Sequence record: SRR31156797_6660
DNA: 44,755 nt
Direction: 5' to 3' (one strand)
The notes beneath the pieces were generated by a model. It saw only the letters and a list, made by a program, of their open reading frames with translations, did no database searches and was not told the origin of the DNA. Below are positions 27,898-38,795 of this stretch, one piece after another. Position 1 is the first letter of the stretch. Each line of letters begins with the position of its first letter. Made by a program: the position numbers and the translations under genes.

Positions 27898-30300
27898 ATG
27901 TGGGCTTATCTGGCAAGCGTAATCATTAGAAGAAGATACTGGAACCTTGGAATTATATTCATCCTCACTGTGTTCATGGTGTACCATGCCAGGCAGGTGA
28001 GCATGTCGTATGAAATGACTCAAATGTTGCCCGACTCCGATTCTACCAATATCATTTACAAGGAGTTTAAGAAAACATTTGGCGAGGACGGCAGCGTGAT
28101 GTTTATGGGCGTGCAGGATCGAAACCTGTTTGACCTGAAAGAATTCAACGCCTGGTACGACCTTACCAACCAGATTCAAAAAATTGAGGGTGTGGAAGGA
28201 ACACTTTCAATTTCAAGACTTTATTACCTCAACAAAAACGATTCGTTGAAAAAATTCGACTTTCTGCCTGTTTTTTCAAAAAAGCCATCTTCTCAAAAAG
28301 AACTGGACAGCATCATGGAATTTGTGTATTCCCTGCCTTTTTATGAAGGCACATTATACAATGCCGAAACGGGCTTTACCATGATGGCCATTACGCTTGA
28401 CAAGGACATTTTGAATACCAAAGCACGTGTCGGGCTCATCTATCAATTAAGAGACGCCGGTAAATCCTTCGGTAATCAGTTTGATGTGGATGTGCATTTC
28501 TCCGGACTGCCGTTTATCAGAACAATCACAGCCAAGAAAATTGAAAATGAACTCCAGCTGTTCGTAATTTTATCCCTGGTTATAGCTTCAATTATCCTGC
28601 TTATCTTTTTTAAGAACTGGAAAATTGTAGCAGCCACCATGACCATCGTGATCATAACAGTGGCGTTTGTACTTGGATTCATCGTGCTGTTTGGATATCA
28701 GATCACCATCCTTACCGGCATACTTCCGCCATTGCTGATTGTGATCGTTGTGGAAAACAGCATTTTCCTGCTTAATAAATACCACGCTGAAATCATCCGG
28801 CATGGCAATAAAATTAAAGCGCTGACACGGGTGGTAATGTTTATTGGAAATGCCAACCTGCTCACCAATATGACAACGGCAGCGGGATTTGCAGCATTTA
28901 TCATTACCGGAAACCAGGCCCTTATCGAATTTGGAATTGTGGCATCGTTGAGTATAATGGTGGCATATTTCCTGACTTTATTCCTCATCCCGATATTTTT
29001 CAGTTTCCTCGCCCCGCCGCGCATCAAACATACTTCGCATCTCAACAAAGGAATTGTTACTACCCTCGTCGGGAAAATAGTAAATACCGTTCAGTTTCAC
29101 AGAACAGCCATTTATATAATCACAATAGTATTGGTATTGGCAGGATTTTATGGAATTTCCTTACTCAAAACAACTGGCCGCATTGTTGACGACATTCCAA
29201 AAGGTGATCAACTTTATCAGGACCTGCTATTCTTCGAGAACAATATAAATGGTGTAATGCCCCTTGAGATCTCAATCGACACCAAAAAACAAAGAGGAGT
29301 CCTCAATATTTCCACAATCAACAAAATTGATCAGTTGCAGGCTGTGTTGAAGGAATATCCGGAACTTTCAAAACCGCTGTCCATTGCTGAAGTTGTGAAG
29401 TTTGCCAAACAGGCATTCTATGGCGGTGCCGAAAATATGTATGCACTTCCCAACAGCCAGGAGAAAAACTTCATAATGCGCTATGTGCCAGAAATGGAGG
29501 GAGGACAGCGCACGATAATCAACTCGTTTGTGGATACAGCTTTGCAAAAAACGAGGATCAGTGTCCAAATGGCCAATATTGGCACCACCGAAATTCAACG
29601 TATTAAAGAAGAGCTCCGTCCAAGGATCGATTCAATCTTTCCACCTGAAAAGTATGATGTGGATATTACCGGAACAAGTGTTGTATACCTCAAAGGAACG
29701 AATTACCTGGTGAATAACCTGTTAACAAGCCTGATTCTTGCACTGGTCGTCATTTCTATCTTAATGGCAATGCTTTTTACTTCAGCACGAATGGTGGTTA
29801 TTTCGATGGCCCCCAACCTGATCCCACAAATCATGACTGCTGCCATGATGGGCTATCTCGCCATCTCAGTTAAGCCATCAACAATCCTGATTTTCTCAAT
29901 CGCGCTGGGAATCTCAGTTGACAATGCCATCCATTTTCTTTCCAGATACAGGTTGCATTTAAGGATTAACAATTGGAACATCAGGAAATCAGTGATCAGT
30001 GCCCTGAGCGAAACAGGCTTTAGCATGATTTATTCCTCGGTTGTGCTGTTCTTCGGTTTTATCATCTTTACACTTTCGTCATTTGGCGGCACAGAAGCCC
30101 TCGGCTACCTCATCGCATTTACCTTGCTTATTGCTTTGTTATCCAACCTTTTCGTTTTGCCGTCGTTGTTACTGACGCTAGACAAGCGTATAACTACGAA
30201 ACGCTTCTCAGAACCATTTCTCGAGATCTTCGATGAAGAACTCGATATTGAACTGGATGATCTTGAAATTGAAGAAATAGACTCACGCGGGCACGCGTAG
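27898..30300 (+). CDS. MMPL/RND family transporter
   Basis: Two repeats of one TM, a large loop and five TMs; motifs FKKTFGED, HFSGLP, ITGTSVV and ALGISVDNAIHFL. Confidence 0.9.
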   Translation: MWAYLASVIIRRRYWNLGIIFILTVFMVYHARQVSMSYEMTQMLPDSDSTNIIYKEFKKTFGEDGSVMFMGVQDRNLFDLKEFNAWYDLTNQIQKIEGVEGTLSISRLYYLNKNDSLKKFDFLPVFSKKPSSQKELDSIMEFVYSLPFYEGTLYNAETGFTMMAITLDKDILNTKARVGLIYQLRDAGKSFGNQFDVDVHFSGLPFIRTITAKKIENELQLFVILSLVIASIILLIFFKNWKIVAATMTIVIITVAFVLGFIVLFGYQITILTGILPPLLIVIVVENSIFLLNKYHAEIIRHGNKIKALTRVVMFIGNANLLTNMTTAAGFAAFIITGNQALIEFGIVASLSIMVAYFLTLFLIPIFFSFLAPPRIKHTSHLNKGIVTTLVGKIVNTVQFHRTAIYIITIVLVLAGFYGISLLKTTGRIVDDIPKGDQLYQDLLFFENNINGVMPLEISIDTKKQRGVLNISTINKIDQLQAVLKEYPELSKPLSIAEVVKFAKQAFYGGAENMYALPNSQEKNFIMRYVPEMEGGQRTIINSFVDTALQKTRISVQMANIGTTEIQRIKEELRPRIDSIFPPEKYDVDITGTSVVYLKGTNYLVNNLLTSLILALVVISILMAMLFTSARMVVISMAPNLIPQIMTAAMMGYLAISVKPSTILIFSIALGISVDNAIHFLSRYRLHLRINNWNIRKSVISALSETGFSMIYSSVVLFFGFIIFTLSSFGGTEALGYLIAFTLLIALLSNLFVLPSLLLTLDKRITTKRFSEPFLEIFDEELDIELDDLEIEEIDSRGHA

Positions 30301-30541
30301 TAAAATCGTTACTGGTTATTCACTTTAAAGTATTTTATCCAGAAAGTTAACTATCAGGCAGTTAATAATTCTAATTGTGATTTAAATTCATCTTTACTAC
30401 CGGGTTGCCTTTTTGTGATCATTTAAAAACTATTAGTGGGTTTTAAAGAACTGCACTTGGAAATATCCATTAAAATTATCCATAAATTTTGAGAATGCAA
30501 TTATTTTCCTGATTTTTACATTTCAATTAAAAATCGAGATT

Positions 30542-31408
30542 ATGAAAGGAATAATTTTAGCAGGCGGCGCCGGAACAAGACTTCATCCCCTCACACTGGC
30601 AACCAGTAAACAAATGATGCCCATCTATGATAAGCCCATGATTTATTACCCTTTGTCGGTACTAATGATGTCAGGCATCCGAGATATATTGATCATTTCC
30701 ACACCACAGGATCTGCCAAATTTCGAAAGGCTTCTTGGTGACGGATCCCGCATTGGTTGCAATTTCAGTTACAAAGTACAGGAAGTTCCAAACGGGCTTG
30801 CCCAGGCTTTCGTAATTGGTGAAGAACACATCGGCAACGATAAAGCAGCTTTGATCCTTGGCGATAATATTTTTTACGGCTCAGGACTTCAAAAAATTCT
30901 CCAGACCAACAATGATCCGGATGGCGGAGTAGTTTACGCCTATCACGTTTCCGACCCGGAACGCTATGGTGTTGTTGAGTTTGATAAAAACCAAAGGGCT
31001 ATTTCCATTGAGGAGAAGCCTAAAAATCCCAAATCAAATTTTGCGGTTCCAGGGCTTTACTATTATGACAACTCAGTGGTTGATGTGGCCAAAAACATCA
31101 AACCAAGCTCCCGTGGAGAATACGAAATAACAGACGTAAATAAATATTATCTGGAACAGGGTAAACTTAGTGTGGGCATTTTAAGTCGTGGAATCGCCTG
31201 GCTCGACACCGGTACATTTACTTCACTCCTCCAGGCATCCCAATATGTAGAAGTTATCGAACATCGCCAGGGTTTGAAGATTGGCTGTATTGAAGAAATT
31301 GCCTATCGCATGAATTTTATTGATGCTGCCAAACTCGAGGAAATTGCTCAGCCCCTCCTCAAGAGCGGTTATGGCGAGTATTTGCTAAACCTTTTAAAAC
31401 AATACTAA
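30542..31408 (+). CDS. rfbA: Glucose-1-phosphate thymidylyltransferase
   Basis: [55 protein letters not shown] and WLDTGT. Confidence 0.97.
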   Translation: MKGIILAGGAGTRLHPLTLATSKQMMPIYDKPMIYYPLSVLMMSGIRDILIISTPQDLPNFERLLGDGSRIGCNFSYKVQEVPNGLAQAFVIGEEHIGNDKAALILGDNIFYGSGLQKILQTNNDPDGGVVYAYHVSDPERYGVVEFDKNQRAISIEEKPKNPKSNFAVPGLYYYDNSVVDVAKNIKPSSRGEYEITDVNKYYLEQGKLSVGILSRGIAWLDTGTFTSLLQASQYVEVIEHRQGLKIGCIEEIAYRMNFIDAAKLEEIAQPLLKSGYGEYLLNLLKQY

Positions 31409-31433
31409 ACGCCACTCTCTAAAAGCCTTTTAT

Positions 31434-32408
31434 ATGGATAAATACCCCCAGTTCAAACAATTGGTCAATGATAAATTGCTGAGACTAAGTATTGAAAAAG
31501 AACCCAAAAGGCTATATGCACCCATTGAATATATTCTTGGCATGGGCGGAAAACGGCTAAGGCCGGTACTCACACTTGCCGGGTGCGACCTGTTTGGCGG
31601 CAGACCTGAACAGGCGCTTACCGCTGCCGTTGGATTAGAAATATTTCACAATTTCACCCTACTCCACGACGACATTATGGATAAAGCAGATGTTCGTCGC
31701 GGCGAAACTACGGTTCATAAAAAGTGGAATTCAAATATTGCTATCCTGTCCGGCGATACAATGTTTGCTATTGCCTTTCAGCAAATGGCACAAAGTCAAC
31801 CAGGTCGGAACAATGAGATTCTGGACACATTTACAAAAACTGCCATCGAAGTTTGCGAAGGCCAGCAATTTGATATGGATTTTGAAACCACAAATGAGGT
31901 TTCTATTCCCGACTATATCAATATGATCAGGCTAAAAACAGCTGTGCTTCTTGGCTGTAGCCTGAAAATCGGGGCCCTTTGTGCAAATGCTGAAAACCAT
32001 CAGGCCCAATTGATTTATGATTTTGGGGTGAATATTGGGTTGGCGTTCCAACTTAAGGATGACTACCTGGATGCATTTGGCGACCTGGAAAAATTTGGTA
32101 AAAAAATTGGGGGTGACATCGCTGAAAACAAAAAAACATATCTCTATCTTAAATGCCTTGAACTGGCCAACTCCGGTGATCGTAAACACTTGCTGAAACT
32201 CTATTCTGAATCCTCAGATAAATCCGACACAAAAATCCCCGAAGTGGTAGCATTATATGAGAAATACAACATCAAAACGGTCACCAAAGATGAAATGGGG
32301 AAATATTTCGGTGCTGCCCTGGAAATTATGAGCAGGATAGAGGCACAGGATGCCAGGAAAAAAGATATGCTTAATTACGCTGAATGGCTATACAAAAGGG
32401 ATCATTAA
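31434..32408 (+). CDS. Polyprenyl synthetase family protein (FPP/GGPP synthase-like)
   Basis: GGKRLRP, first Asp-rich motif LLHDDIMD..RRG, EGQQFD, KTA and second motif FQLKDDYLD. Confidence 0.93.
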   Translation: MDKYPQFKQLVNDKLLRLSIEKEPKRLYAPIEYILGMGGKRLRPVLTLAGCDLFGGRPEQALTAAVGLEIFHNFTLLHDDIMDKADVRRGETTVHKKWNSNIAILSGDTMFAIAFQQMAQSQPGRNNEILDTFTKTAIEVCEGQQFDMDFETTNEVSIPDYINMIRLKTAVLLGCSLKIGALCANAENHQAQLIYDFGVNIGLAFQLKDDYLDAFGDLEKFGKKIGGDIAENKKTYLYLKCLELANSGDRKHLLKLYSESSDKSDTKIPEVVALYEKYNIKTVTKDEMGKYFGAALEIMSRIEAQDARKKDMLNYAEWLYKRDH

Positions 32409-32423
32409 AGATCCCTTTCATAC

Positions 32424-34892
32424 CTAATCAAAAATTATTTGTTTGTTGTCGTTATCGATAACAAAATTCCCAATCTCACTCAGGGTGATCTCCCCGATCA
32501 TCATTTGCGATTTTAACTGGTGGTCAACCTGAATCTCTACATCATGTAAAGTTGTATTCCCAATACGTAGTGTTTCAACAGTAAATAAAGCCCGATTGGC
32601 AATTGTTCCGTCCCCCAGCACCAGCTCAGGATCGCCGGAGAAATTATTTTTTGTAATGGCGCCTTCTTTCAGCAGCCTTAAAGCGCTTCCCAACGAAATG
32701 GATGGCCGGATCGTTCTCCGATCATAAACAAAATTAAGGGTAAACCCATTTACAATACAGGGCACCTGTATAAGTCCGTTTGGCGTTAGTGTGAAGTCAA
32801 GTTTCAGTTCTTCGGGATCAACCACAACCTCAACCTGCTTATCATTCAAATCGGTCCTGATCTTTGGTTTGGGTACAAAATCCTTCGACAGGATAGAAAA
32901 TTCAGAACGACGATTCATTTGATGCGCAGCTTCTTTCGCCTCTTCTGAAGGCAGGCCCTCGATAAATTCTTCGGAGAGCACTGCACCTTCCTCAAACACA
33001 TAACCATCTCTTTCAGTTTCTTTAAGTAGCTTAAACGGAACGCGTTCACCATAGCCTTTGGCGATAAGCCTTTCGGGATCGATACCTCGCAGAATCAGGT
33101 AATCCACCACCGATTCGGCACGCTTTTGCGACAGGATATCATTCCGTTCATCAGAATCCCTGGCATCCGTATGTGAGGCGATCTCCACCACAATGGTTTC
33201 ATTTGCATCCAAAGTTTCGATCAAACCCTGCAACGAATCCTGGAATTGAGGTTTAAGTTCCCATTTTCCTAAATCGTATAGAATTTCCGGTAAAACAATG
33301 GGCTCTTCCGGTATGGGTTCAAGGTTGAAATTGATCTCGAAATCCTTGCTGGCTTCCAGGCCTGCCGTGGTTTCCATGATTTTTTGATTAAAGAAATCTT
33401 CCTTGGCCACTGTTATTTCAAAGGTGGTGTTTTCCTTCACCTGATCATCGGTGAATTCGTAGTAACCCACGCTGTTTGTGGTGGTTGTTACGGTCGTACC
33501 ATCTGAACTTACCAACACAACATCAGCACCTTCAACAGGTTGAAGGATGTTGTTATCGATTACCTTCCCGGTTACTGAATAAAGCTTTGGCGGATTATTA
33601 AAAAACCACAAATCATCGCCGCCACGGCCACCTCTTCGGTTGGAGGAGAAGAATCCCTGGTCTAGTCCTGTGGGATGCCATGTTATGCCGAAATCATCGT
33701 AGTGTGTATTCAAAGGAGGACGTAAATTAACAGGTTCACTCCATGAATCATCTTCAAGCCTGACAGATTTAAAAATATCGAGGCCGCCCATTCCCGGGTG
33801 GCCGTTGGATGCAAAATACAAAACGGAATCACCACGCATAGAAGGAAAAACCTCATCACCCTGTGTATTGATAACATTACCCAAATTTCGGGGGCTCGAA
33901 AACGAGCCTCCACCCTCTTTTTTGGACACGATCCATAAATCCTTACCACCTGCTCCGCCTGTTTTGGGCGATGAAAAAATCAGGAAACTTTCATCAGGGC
34001 TTACCGCAGGATGTCCAAATACTGAAGTACTGTCTCCACCAAGATCAACTTCCGATGGCTCGCCCCAGCTTCGGCCCGACTTACGTGATACCATAATTTT
34101 ACAGCCATTTATCGAAACATTGTCTTTACCGCATCTGGTAAAGTACATTTGGCTGAATCGTTCGTCAAATGCAGGCTGGCCTTCATTGGCTTCGGTATTT
34201 ACAATTTCTGATTCGTCTGCTAATACCGGGTTGCTCCAATCTCCTTTTTTATCTTGTTTGGTATAGTACAAATCCGTGAAACTCATACCTGTCCACTCGT
34301 CTTCCTTTTTACCTGTTGATCCTTCACGGGCTGATGTAAAAATAATCGCATTGGATGTAGGCTCAGCATAAGCCGGAGAAAAGTCGTCCTCACGTGAGTT
34401 CATCCGCCGAAGCTTCATGATCTCGAAATTTGATGGATTCTCCTCCCATTCAAGCGCTAATTCGCAGGATTTTACACCCACCTGACCCATTGGGTCATTG
34501 GGTTCGCGTTCAAGGTATAGTGTATAATTTTCCAACGCATCTTCATAATCCCCGTTATTCAATTGGGCATCAGCAAGCTTGAGCAACACTGTGGGCTCAG
34601 TACGATCATATTTTGCACGTACCAGTCTTTTGTAATAGGCTTCTGCACGGTTTGACTGGTTCGTCAAACGATAGCATTCGGCCAATTGGTAGGTAATTCT
34701 GTTTTTCTCAATCTTGTTATTCTTTACCCTTGAATAGGCCTTTTTGTACTTAGGTATTGCGAGTGCATATCGTAAATTCTCAAAGTCAGCATCAGCCGCT
34801 TCGGCCTTTCTGCTTTGGGCATTTAAGTTAAATAGAGCGCAACAGAAAATTATGGTGAAAAGAAATGGGAAATATCTGGTCATGAATTTCAT
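32424..34892 (-). CDS. PorE-like OmpA family protein (TPR, PD40/WD40-like, carboxypeptidase-regulatory-like, OmpA) with extra C-terminal retropepsin-like domain
   Basis: Signal ending LNA|Q; TPRs; PD40 motifs (GGKDLW, LYFASNGHPGMGGLDIF, FFSSNRRGGRGGDDLW); OmpA motifs SHTDAR, LSQKRAESV, GYGE and NRRSEF; about 120 extra C-terminal residues. Confidence 0.88.
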   Translation of the reverse strand: MKFMTRYFPFLFTIIFCCALFNLNAQSRKAEAADADFENLRYALAIPKYKKAYSRVKNNKIEKNRITYQLAECYRLTNQSNRAEAYYKRLVRAKYDRTEPTVLLKLADAQLNNGDYEDALENYTLYLEREPNDPMGQVGVKSCELALEWEENPSNFEIMKLRRMNSREDDFSPAYAEPTSNAIIFTSAREGSTGKKEDEWTGMSFTDLYYTKQDKKGDWSNPVLADESEIVNTEANEGQPAFDERFSQMYFTRCGKDNVSINGCKIMVSRKSGRSWGEPSEVDLGGDSTSVFGHPAVSPDESFLIFSSPKTGGAGGKDLWIVSKKEGGGSFSSPRNLGNVINTQGDEVFPSMRGDSVLYFASNGHPGMGGLDIFKSVRLEDDSWSEPVNLRPPLNTHYDDFGITWHPTGLDQGFFSSNRRGGRGGDDLWFFNNPPKLYSVTGKVIDNNILQPVEGADVVLVSSDGTTVTTTTNSVGYYEFTDDQVKENTTFEITVAKEDFFNQKIMETTAGLEASKDFEINFNLEPIPEEPIVLPEILYDLGKWELKPQFQDSLQGLIETLDANETIVVEIASHTDARDSDERNDILSQKRAESVVDYLILRGIDPERLIAKGYGERVPFKLLKETERDGYVFEEGAVLSEEFIEGLPSEEAKEAAHQMNRRSEFSILSKDFVPKPKIRTDLNDKQVEVVVDPEELKLDFTLTPNGLIQVPCIVNGFTLNFVYDRRTIRPSISLGSALRLLKEGAITKNNFSGDPELVLGDGTIANRALFTVETLRIGNTTLHDVEIQVDHQLKSQMMIGEITLSEIGNFVIDNDNKQIIFD

Positions 34893-35015
34893 TTTATTTC
34901 CGAAAAGTGATTTGGAAGATTAAATACAAGATTTCGGTTATTAAAATTGTTCAGTAAACGATGAAGCAAATTGCTTTAGTATTTTTTATTTGTTTGAGAT
35001 TAATGGTGTGTGAAA

Positions 35016-35360
35016 TCAAAGGTGTGGATCAGGCTTTTTGTCATTAGGCCCTTGCTTCTCCTGGTTACTCTCTGATGAATTGGATTGGCTACTTTTTGTT
35101 GTTGGATTTTTCGTTAACGGGTTATCAACTTTCAATCCTTGCTTAAGTTTATCAGCTTCAGCCTGCAAATCCTCAGTTTCCCGACTTATTTCATCACGTA
35201 TGTCGCTGGTAGCCTTTTTTATTTCTCCCATCCCTTTTCCAAGCCATCGTGCAATTTCAGGAATTTTATCCGGGCCAAAAATTAAAAATACCACGATCAT
35301 GATGATAAAAATCTCACCGCCACTGATATTAAAAAACCCGATAATAAATCCCGGAATCAT
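35016..35360 (-). CDS. Sec-independent translocase subunit TatA/TatB family
   Basis: ISGGEIFIIMIVVFLIFGPDKIPEIARWLGKGM is the TM-FGP-amphipathic helix pattern. Start placed at MIPGF (35360) because the longer ORF overlaps the secDF terminator. Confidence 0.88.
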   Translation of the reverse strand: MIPGFIIGFFNISGGEIFIIMIVVFLIFGPDKIPEIARWLGKGMGEIKKATSDIRDEISRETEDLQAEADKLKQGLKVDNPLTKNPTTKSSQSNSSESNQEKQGPNDKKPDPHL

Positions 35361-35401
35361 ATTTTGTATAACCTCATAAAAAATCTTACCTGCAAAAATA
35401 T

Positions 35402-35437
35402 AAAAAGTCCCGTCCATTAAGCCAATGAACGGGACTT
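35402..35437 (-). terminator. Rho-independent terminator after secDF
   Basis: Minus strand AAGTCCCGTTCATT-GGCTT-AATGGACGGGACTT followed by TTT. Confidence 0.8.
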
Positions 35438-35460
35438 GAATTTATTTTATTCCGTTGATG

Positions 35461-38400
35461 TTACTTTTTCTTTTTTACTGTAACTTTTTCAACATCCTTT
35501 TTGCCACCTGCGGTGAGCAGGTCATAGGCAATCGGACTGGCTACAAACAGTGAAGAATATGTACCAACAAGGATACCAACGAGCAACGCAAATGTAAATC
35601 CACGAATAACTTCACCACCAAAGATGAAAATAATCAACAATACAACAAGTGTGGTACCTGATGTATTGATCGTACGGGCCAGTGTGCTGTTCAATCCATT
35701 ATTAATGTTATCCTTAAGTTTACGTTTTGGATGCAATCCAACATATTCCCTGATACGGTCGAAGATAATTACCGAGTCGTTAATGGAGTAACCAATAATA
35801 GTAAGGATGGCGGCGATAAACGCCTGATCCACCTCCAGGTTGAACGGTAATACATTGTAGAATAGGGAGAATAAACTCACCGTAATTAATGTATCGTGGA
35901 ATAGTGCAATAACCCCTGAAAGTCCGTATTGCCATTTGCGGAACCTGATGGCGATGTAGATAAAGATCACGATTAATGCAAATGTAACTGCAAGATATGC
36001 TCTGTTCCTGATATCATCGGCAATGGTTGGTCCTACCTTTTGTGAACTCAGGATACCAATCAGTTTATCACTTTCGGTATCAGCAATAAATGAGCCATAG
36101 CCCAGGCTTTGATCCTGATAAAAAGGCTTAAGACTTTCGAAAAGTTTCGATTGGATAATTGAGTCAACAGAAGGACTGTTATCATCGATCAGGTATTTGG
36201 TTGTAATTTTTACCTGTGAACTTGGACCAAAAGTTTTAACTTCAGGTTGCTGTTCAAATGCGATTTCAAGTGCATTTCGTAAGTCGTTTGGTGCAACAGG
36301 CTGGTCAAAACGAATGACATAGGTACGACCACCTGAAAAATCAACGCCAAAATTCAAACCGCGCATGGCAAGAGATCCAATACCTACAATTATAATTACT
36401 GCTGAAATAACATAAGCTGTTTTGCGCATGCCCAGGAAATTGTAACTTGCATTTGCCATGGTGTTATTGGTAATTCTATTTCCAAACGGAATATTCTTGT
36501 TCCTTGCAAGATAATAGTTGAATATCAACCTGGAAATGAATATTGCTGAGAACAATGAAGAAATGATACCGATTATCAAAGTGGTTGCAAAACCCTGAAT
36601 AGGACCAGAACCAAAAGTAAACAGTACAATACCTGTAAGCAAAGTGGTTACGTTACCGTCAATGATGGCAGAATATGCGTTTTTGTATCCATCTGTAATG
36701 GCAAGTCGCATACCTTTACCGGCACGAACCTCCTCTTTGATCCGCTCATAGATGATCACGTTGGCATCCACGGCCATACCAAGTGTAAGTACGATACCTG
36801 CGATACCCGGCAGTGTGAGTACAGCGCCAAGTGAAGCGAGTACACCAAAAATAAACAGGATGTTTGTCAACAAGGCAAGGTCGGCAACCCAACCGGCACG
36901 GTTGTAATACAACACCATATAAAGCAGTACGAGAACAAATGCAATGATAAATGAATTCAAACCATCAGTGATAGCTACTTTACCCAAAGACGGACCAACT
37001 ACTGCTTCTTCAACAATTCTTGCAGGAGCAGGAAGTTTACCGGCTTTAAGGATGTTTGCAAGGTCTTGTGCTTCAGGAATCTCAAAGTTCCCTGAAATCT
37101 GTGAACGACCTGTAGGAATTTCGTTGGTAACATTTGGTGCTGAGTAAACATAATCGTCAAGCACAATGGCAATCTGACGGCCAACATTGTCGCGGGTAAG
37201 GTTTTTCCAGATTCTGGCACCTTCTGAATTCATGGCCATATCAACAACAACGCGGTTGCGGTTGTCGAAGTTTTGACCGGCATCAACAATTACGTCTCCA
37301 TCAAGCGCAGCATCTCCGTCGCGTGAAGTAACTTTTAACGCATATAATTCATGGTGATTTTCGATATATTGTGATGGCTTAATACTCCATGCCAATTTCA
37401 AATCACGTGGTAAAACATTCTTTACTTTCCTGAGAAGATTATTAACCATGGCGGTGTCTTTAACCTGAACAAAGCCTATGGTAGCACTTTGTGCCGGCTG
37501 CGCATTTCCGTTCTGATCGCGGCTGTAGTTTGGAGTAAGATAAGCGAAGAGTGGATTGTTACGCGCAAATTCTTCATCCCGGGCGCCAGCATCAACTGTG
37601 ATACTGTCCTGTTCCAGCTGGTCCAACAGGTCCATTGCAGTAGTGTCACTTTCTTCCGGGTTAACCCCTTCATCTACAGCCTCTGTATTTTCAATAGCTT
37701 CTTCTTCTATCGGAGTATCCTGTTCTTCGGTTGCCGGACTTGAATCGGCAATTTCTTCAAGAAGGTTTTCGGCTTTCAGAATGTCAACAAGCTCCTGGTT
37801 TGCAGTCTGGAAGAAATTATGGATTTCATTGAACCGGTATGTTTCCCAGAATTGAAGCTGTGCAGTACCCTGCAGAAGTTTACGAACGCGCTCCGGCTCT
37901 TTTATACCGGGGAGTTCAACAAGAATACGACCGGTGGTTTGAAGCTTCTGAATGTTTGGTTGGGTTACACCAAAACGGTCAATACGAGTACGTAAAATAT
38001 TAAATGTCCTGTCGATGGCTGCCTCAGTTTCAACTCTGATAACCCTCAGGACATCATCATTGGTCGAATTAAAATCGATCTGACCTTTAAATTCGTTGAT
38101 AAAAATTGATCCCAGCGAAAAGTTAGGATCTATTTCATTTACTGCCTCACCAAAAAGTGTAACAAAATCTTCCTGGCTGTCTCTTTGTTTTTCCTGTGCA
38201 AGTTGAAGTGCCTGCTGGAAAATTGGATTTTGGCTATTTCCTGATAATCCGCGAATAATGTCAATAATCGATACTTCCAGTGTAACGTTCATACCGCCTT
38301 TAAGGTCAAGGCCAAGATTCAATTCGCGTTCTCTGGCTTCTTTAAAAGTATATTTTCTGATGCCAACATTATAAACAATCTCGTTTGACATTGAATCGAG

Positions 38401-38622
38401 ATAATAATTTTCACGTGCTTTCGAAATCGAATCATAAAGAAACTGTTCACGCAATTCATGTCCATCAGCCAATATCCCGGCAAGTCTCTCTGTTTCTGCA
38501 CTATGAGCATATTCGTCCGCCTTTTTTTCAACCCTTGATGTAATGTAGGTAAATGATAAGTGGAAAAGACATACTAAAGCAAACAGGATGGCAATAAATT
38601 TTATAAATCCTTTGTTTTGCAT
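35461..38622 (-). CDS. secDF: Protein translocase subunit SecDF (fused)
   Basis: LGLDLKGG, RIDRFGV, GMAVDANVIIYERI, GVDFSGG, GYSINDSVIIFDRIRE and GTYSSLFVASP. Confidence 0.98.
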   Translation of the reverse strand: MQNKGFIKFIAILFALVCLFHLSFTYITSRVEKKADEYAHSAETERLAGILADGHELREQFLYDSISKARENYYLDSMSNEIVYNVGIRKYTFKEARERELNLGLDLKGGMNVTLEVSIIDIIRGLSGNSQNPIFQQALQLAQEKQRDSQEDFVTLFGEAVNEIDPNFSLGSIFINEFKGQIDFNSTNDDVLRVIRVETEAAIDRTFNILRTRIDRFGVTQPNIQKLQTTGRILVELPGIKEPERVRKLLQGTAQLQFWETYRFNEIHNFFQTANQELVDILKAENLLEEIADSSPATEEQDTPIEEEAIENTEAVDEGVNPEESDTTAMDLLDQLEQDSITVDAGARDEEFARNNPLFAYLTPNYSRDQNGNAQPAQSATIGFVQVKDTAMVNNLLRKVKNVLPRDLKLAWSIKPSQYIENHHELYALKVTSRDGDAALDGDVIVDAGQNFDNRNRVVVDMAMNSEGARIWKNLTRDNVGRQIAIVLDDYVYSAPNVTNEIPTGRSQISGNFEIPEAQDLANILKAGKLPAPARIVEEAVVGPSLGKVAITDGLNSFIIAFVLVLLYMVLYYNRAGWVADLALLTNILFIFGVLASLGAVLTLPGIAGIVLTLGMAVDANVIIYERIKEEVRAGKGMRLAITDGYKNAYSAIIDGNVTTLLTGIVLFTFGSGPIQGFATTLIIGIISSLFSAIFISRLIFNYYLARNKNIPFGNRITNNTMANASYNFLGMRKTAYVISAVIIIVGIGSLAMRGLNFGVDFSGGRTYVIRFDQPVAPNDLRNALEIAFEQQPEVKTFGPSSQVKITTKYLIDDNSPSVDSIIQSKLFESLKPFYQDQSLGYGSFIADTESDKLIGILSSQKVGPTIADDIRNRAYLAVTFALIVIFIYIAIRFRKWQYGLSGVIALFHDTLITVSLFSLFYNVLPFNLEVDQAFIAAILTIIGYSINDSVIIFDRIREYVGLHPKRKLKDNINNGLNSTLARTINTSGTTLVVLLIIFIFGGEVIRGFTFALLVGILVGTYSSLFVASPIAYDLLTAGGKKDVEKVTVKKKK

Positions 38623-38678
38623 TGTGTTAGAATTTTGAATAATAATAACTTAGATAATACCCTAATTTTTTGAGGGTG

Positions 38679-38686
38679 CAAAGATA
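38679..38686 (-). promoter_or_regulatory. -7 promoter box for secDF
   Basis: TATCTTTG on the minus strand, 56 nt upstream of the ATG. Confidence 0.55.
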
Positions 38687-38795
38687 GAACAACATTTAAA
38701 ACTACCAAATAAAGGTAAACAACAAATTTACTTAAGGAGAGTCAATGATCAAAAGGGGAACAGCAAGATTTCGGCAACCAAATACCTGATTATGA

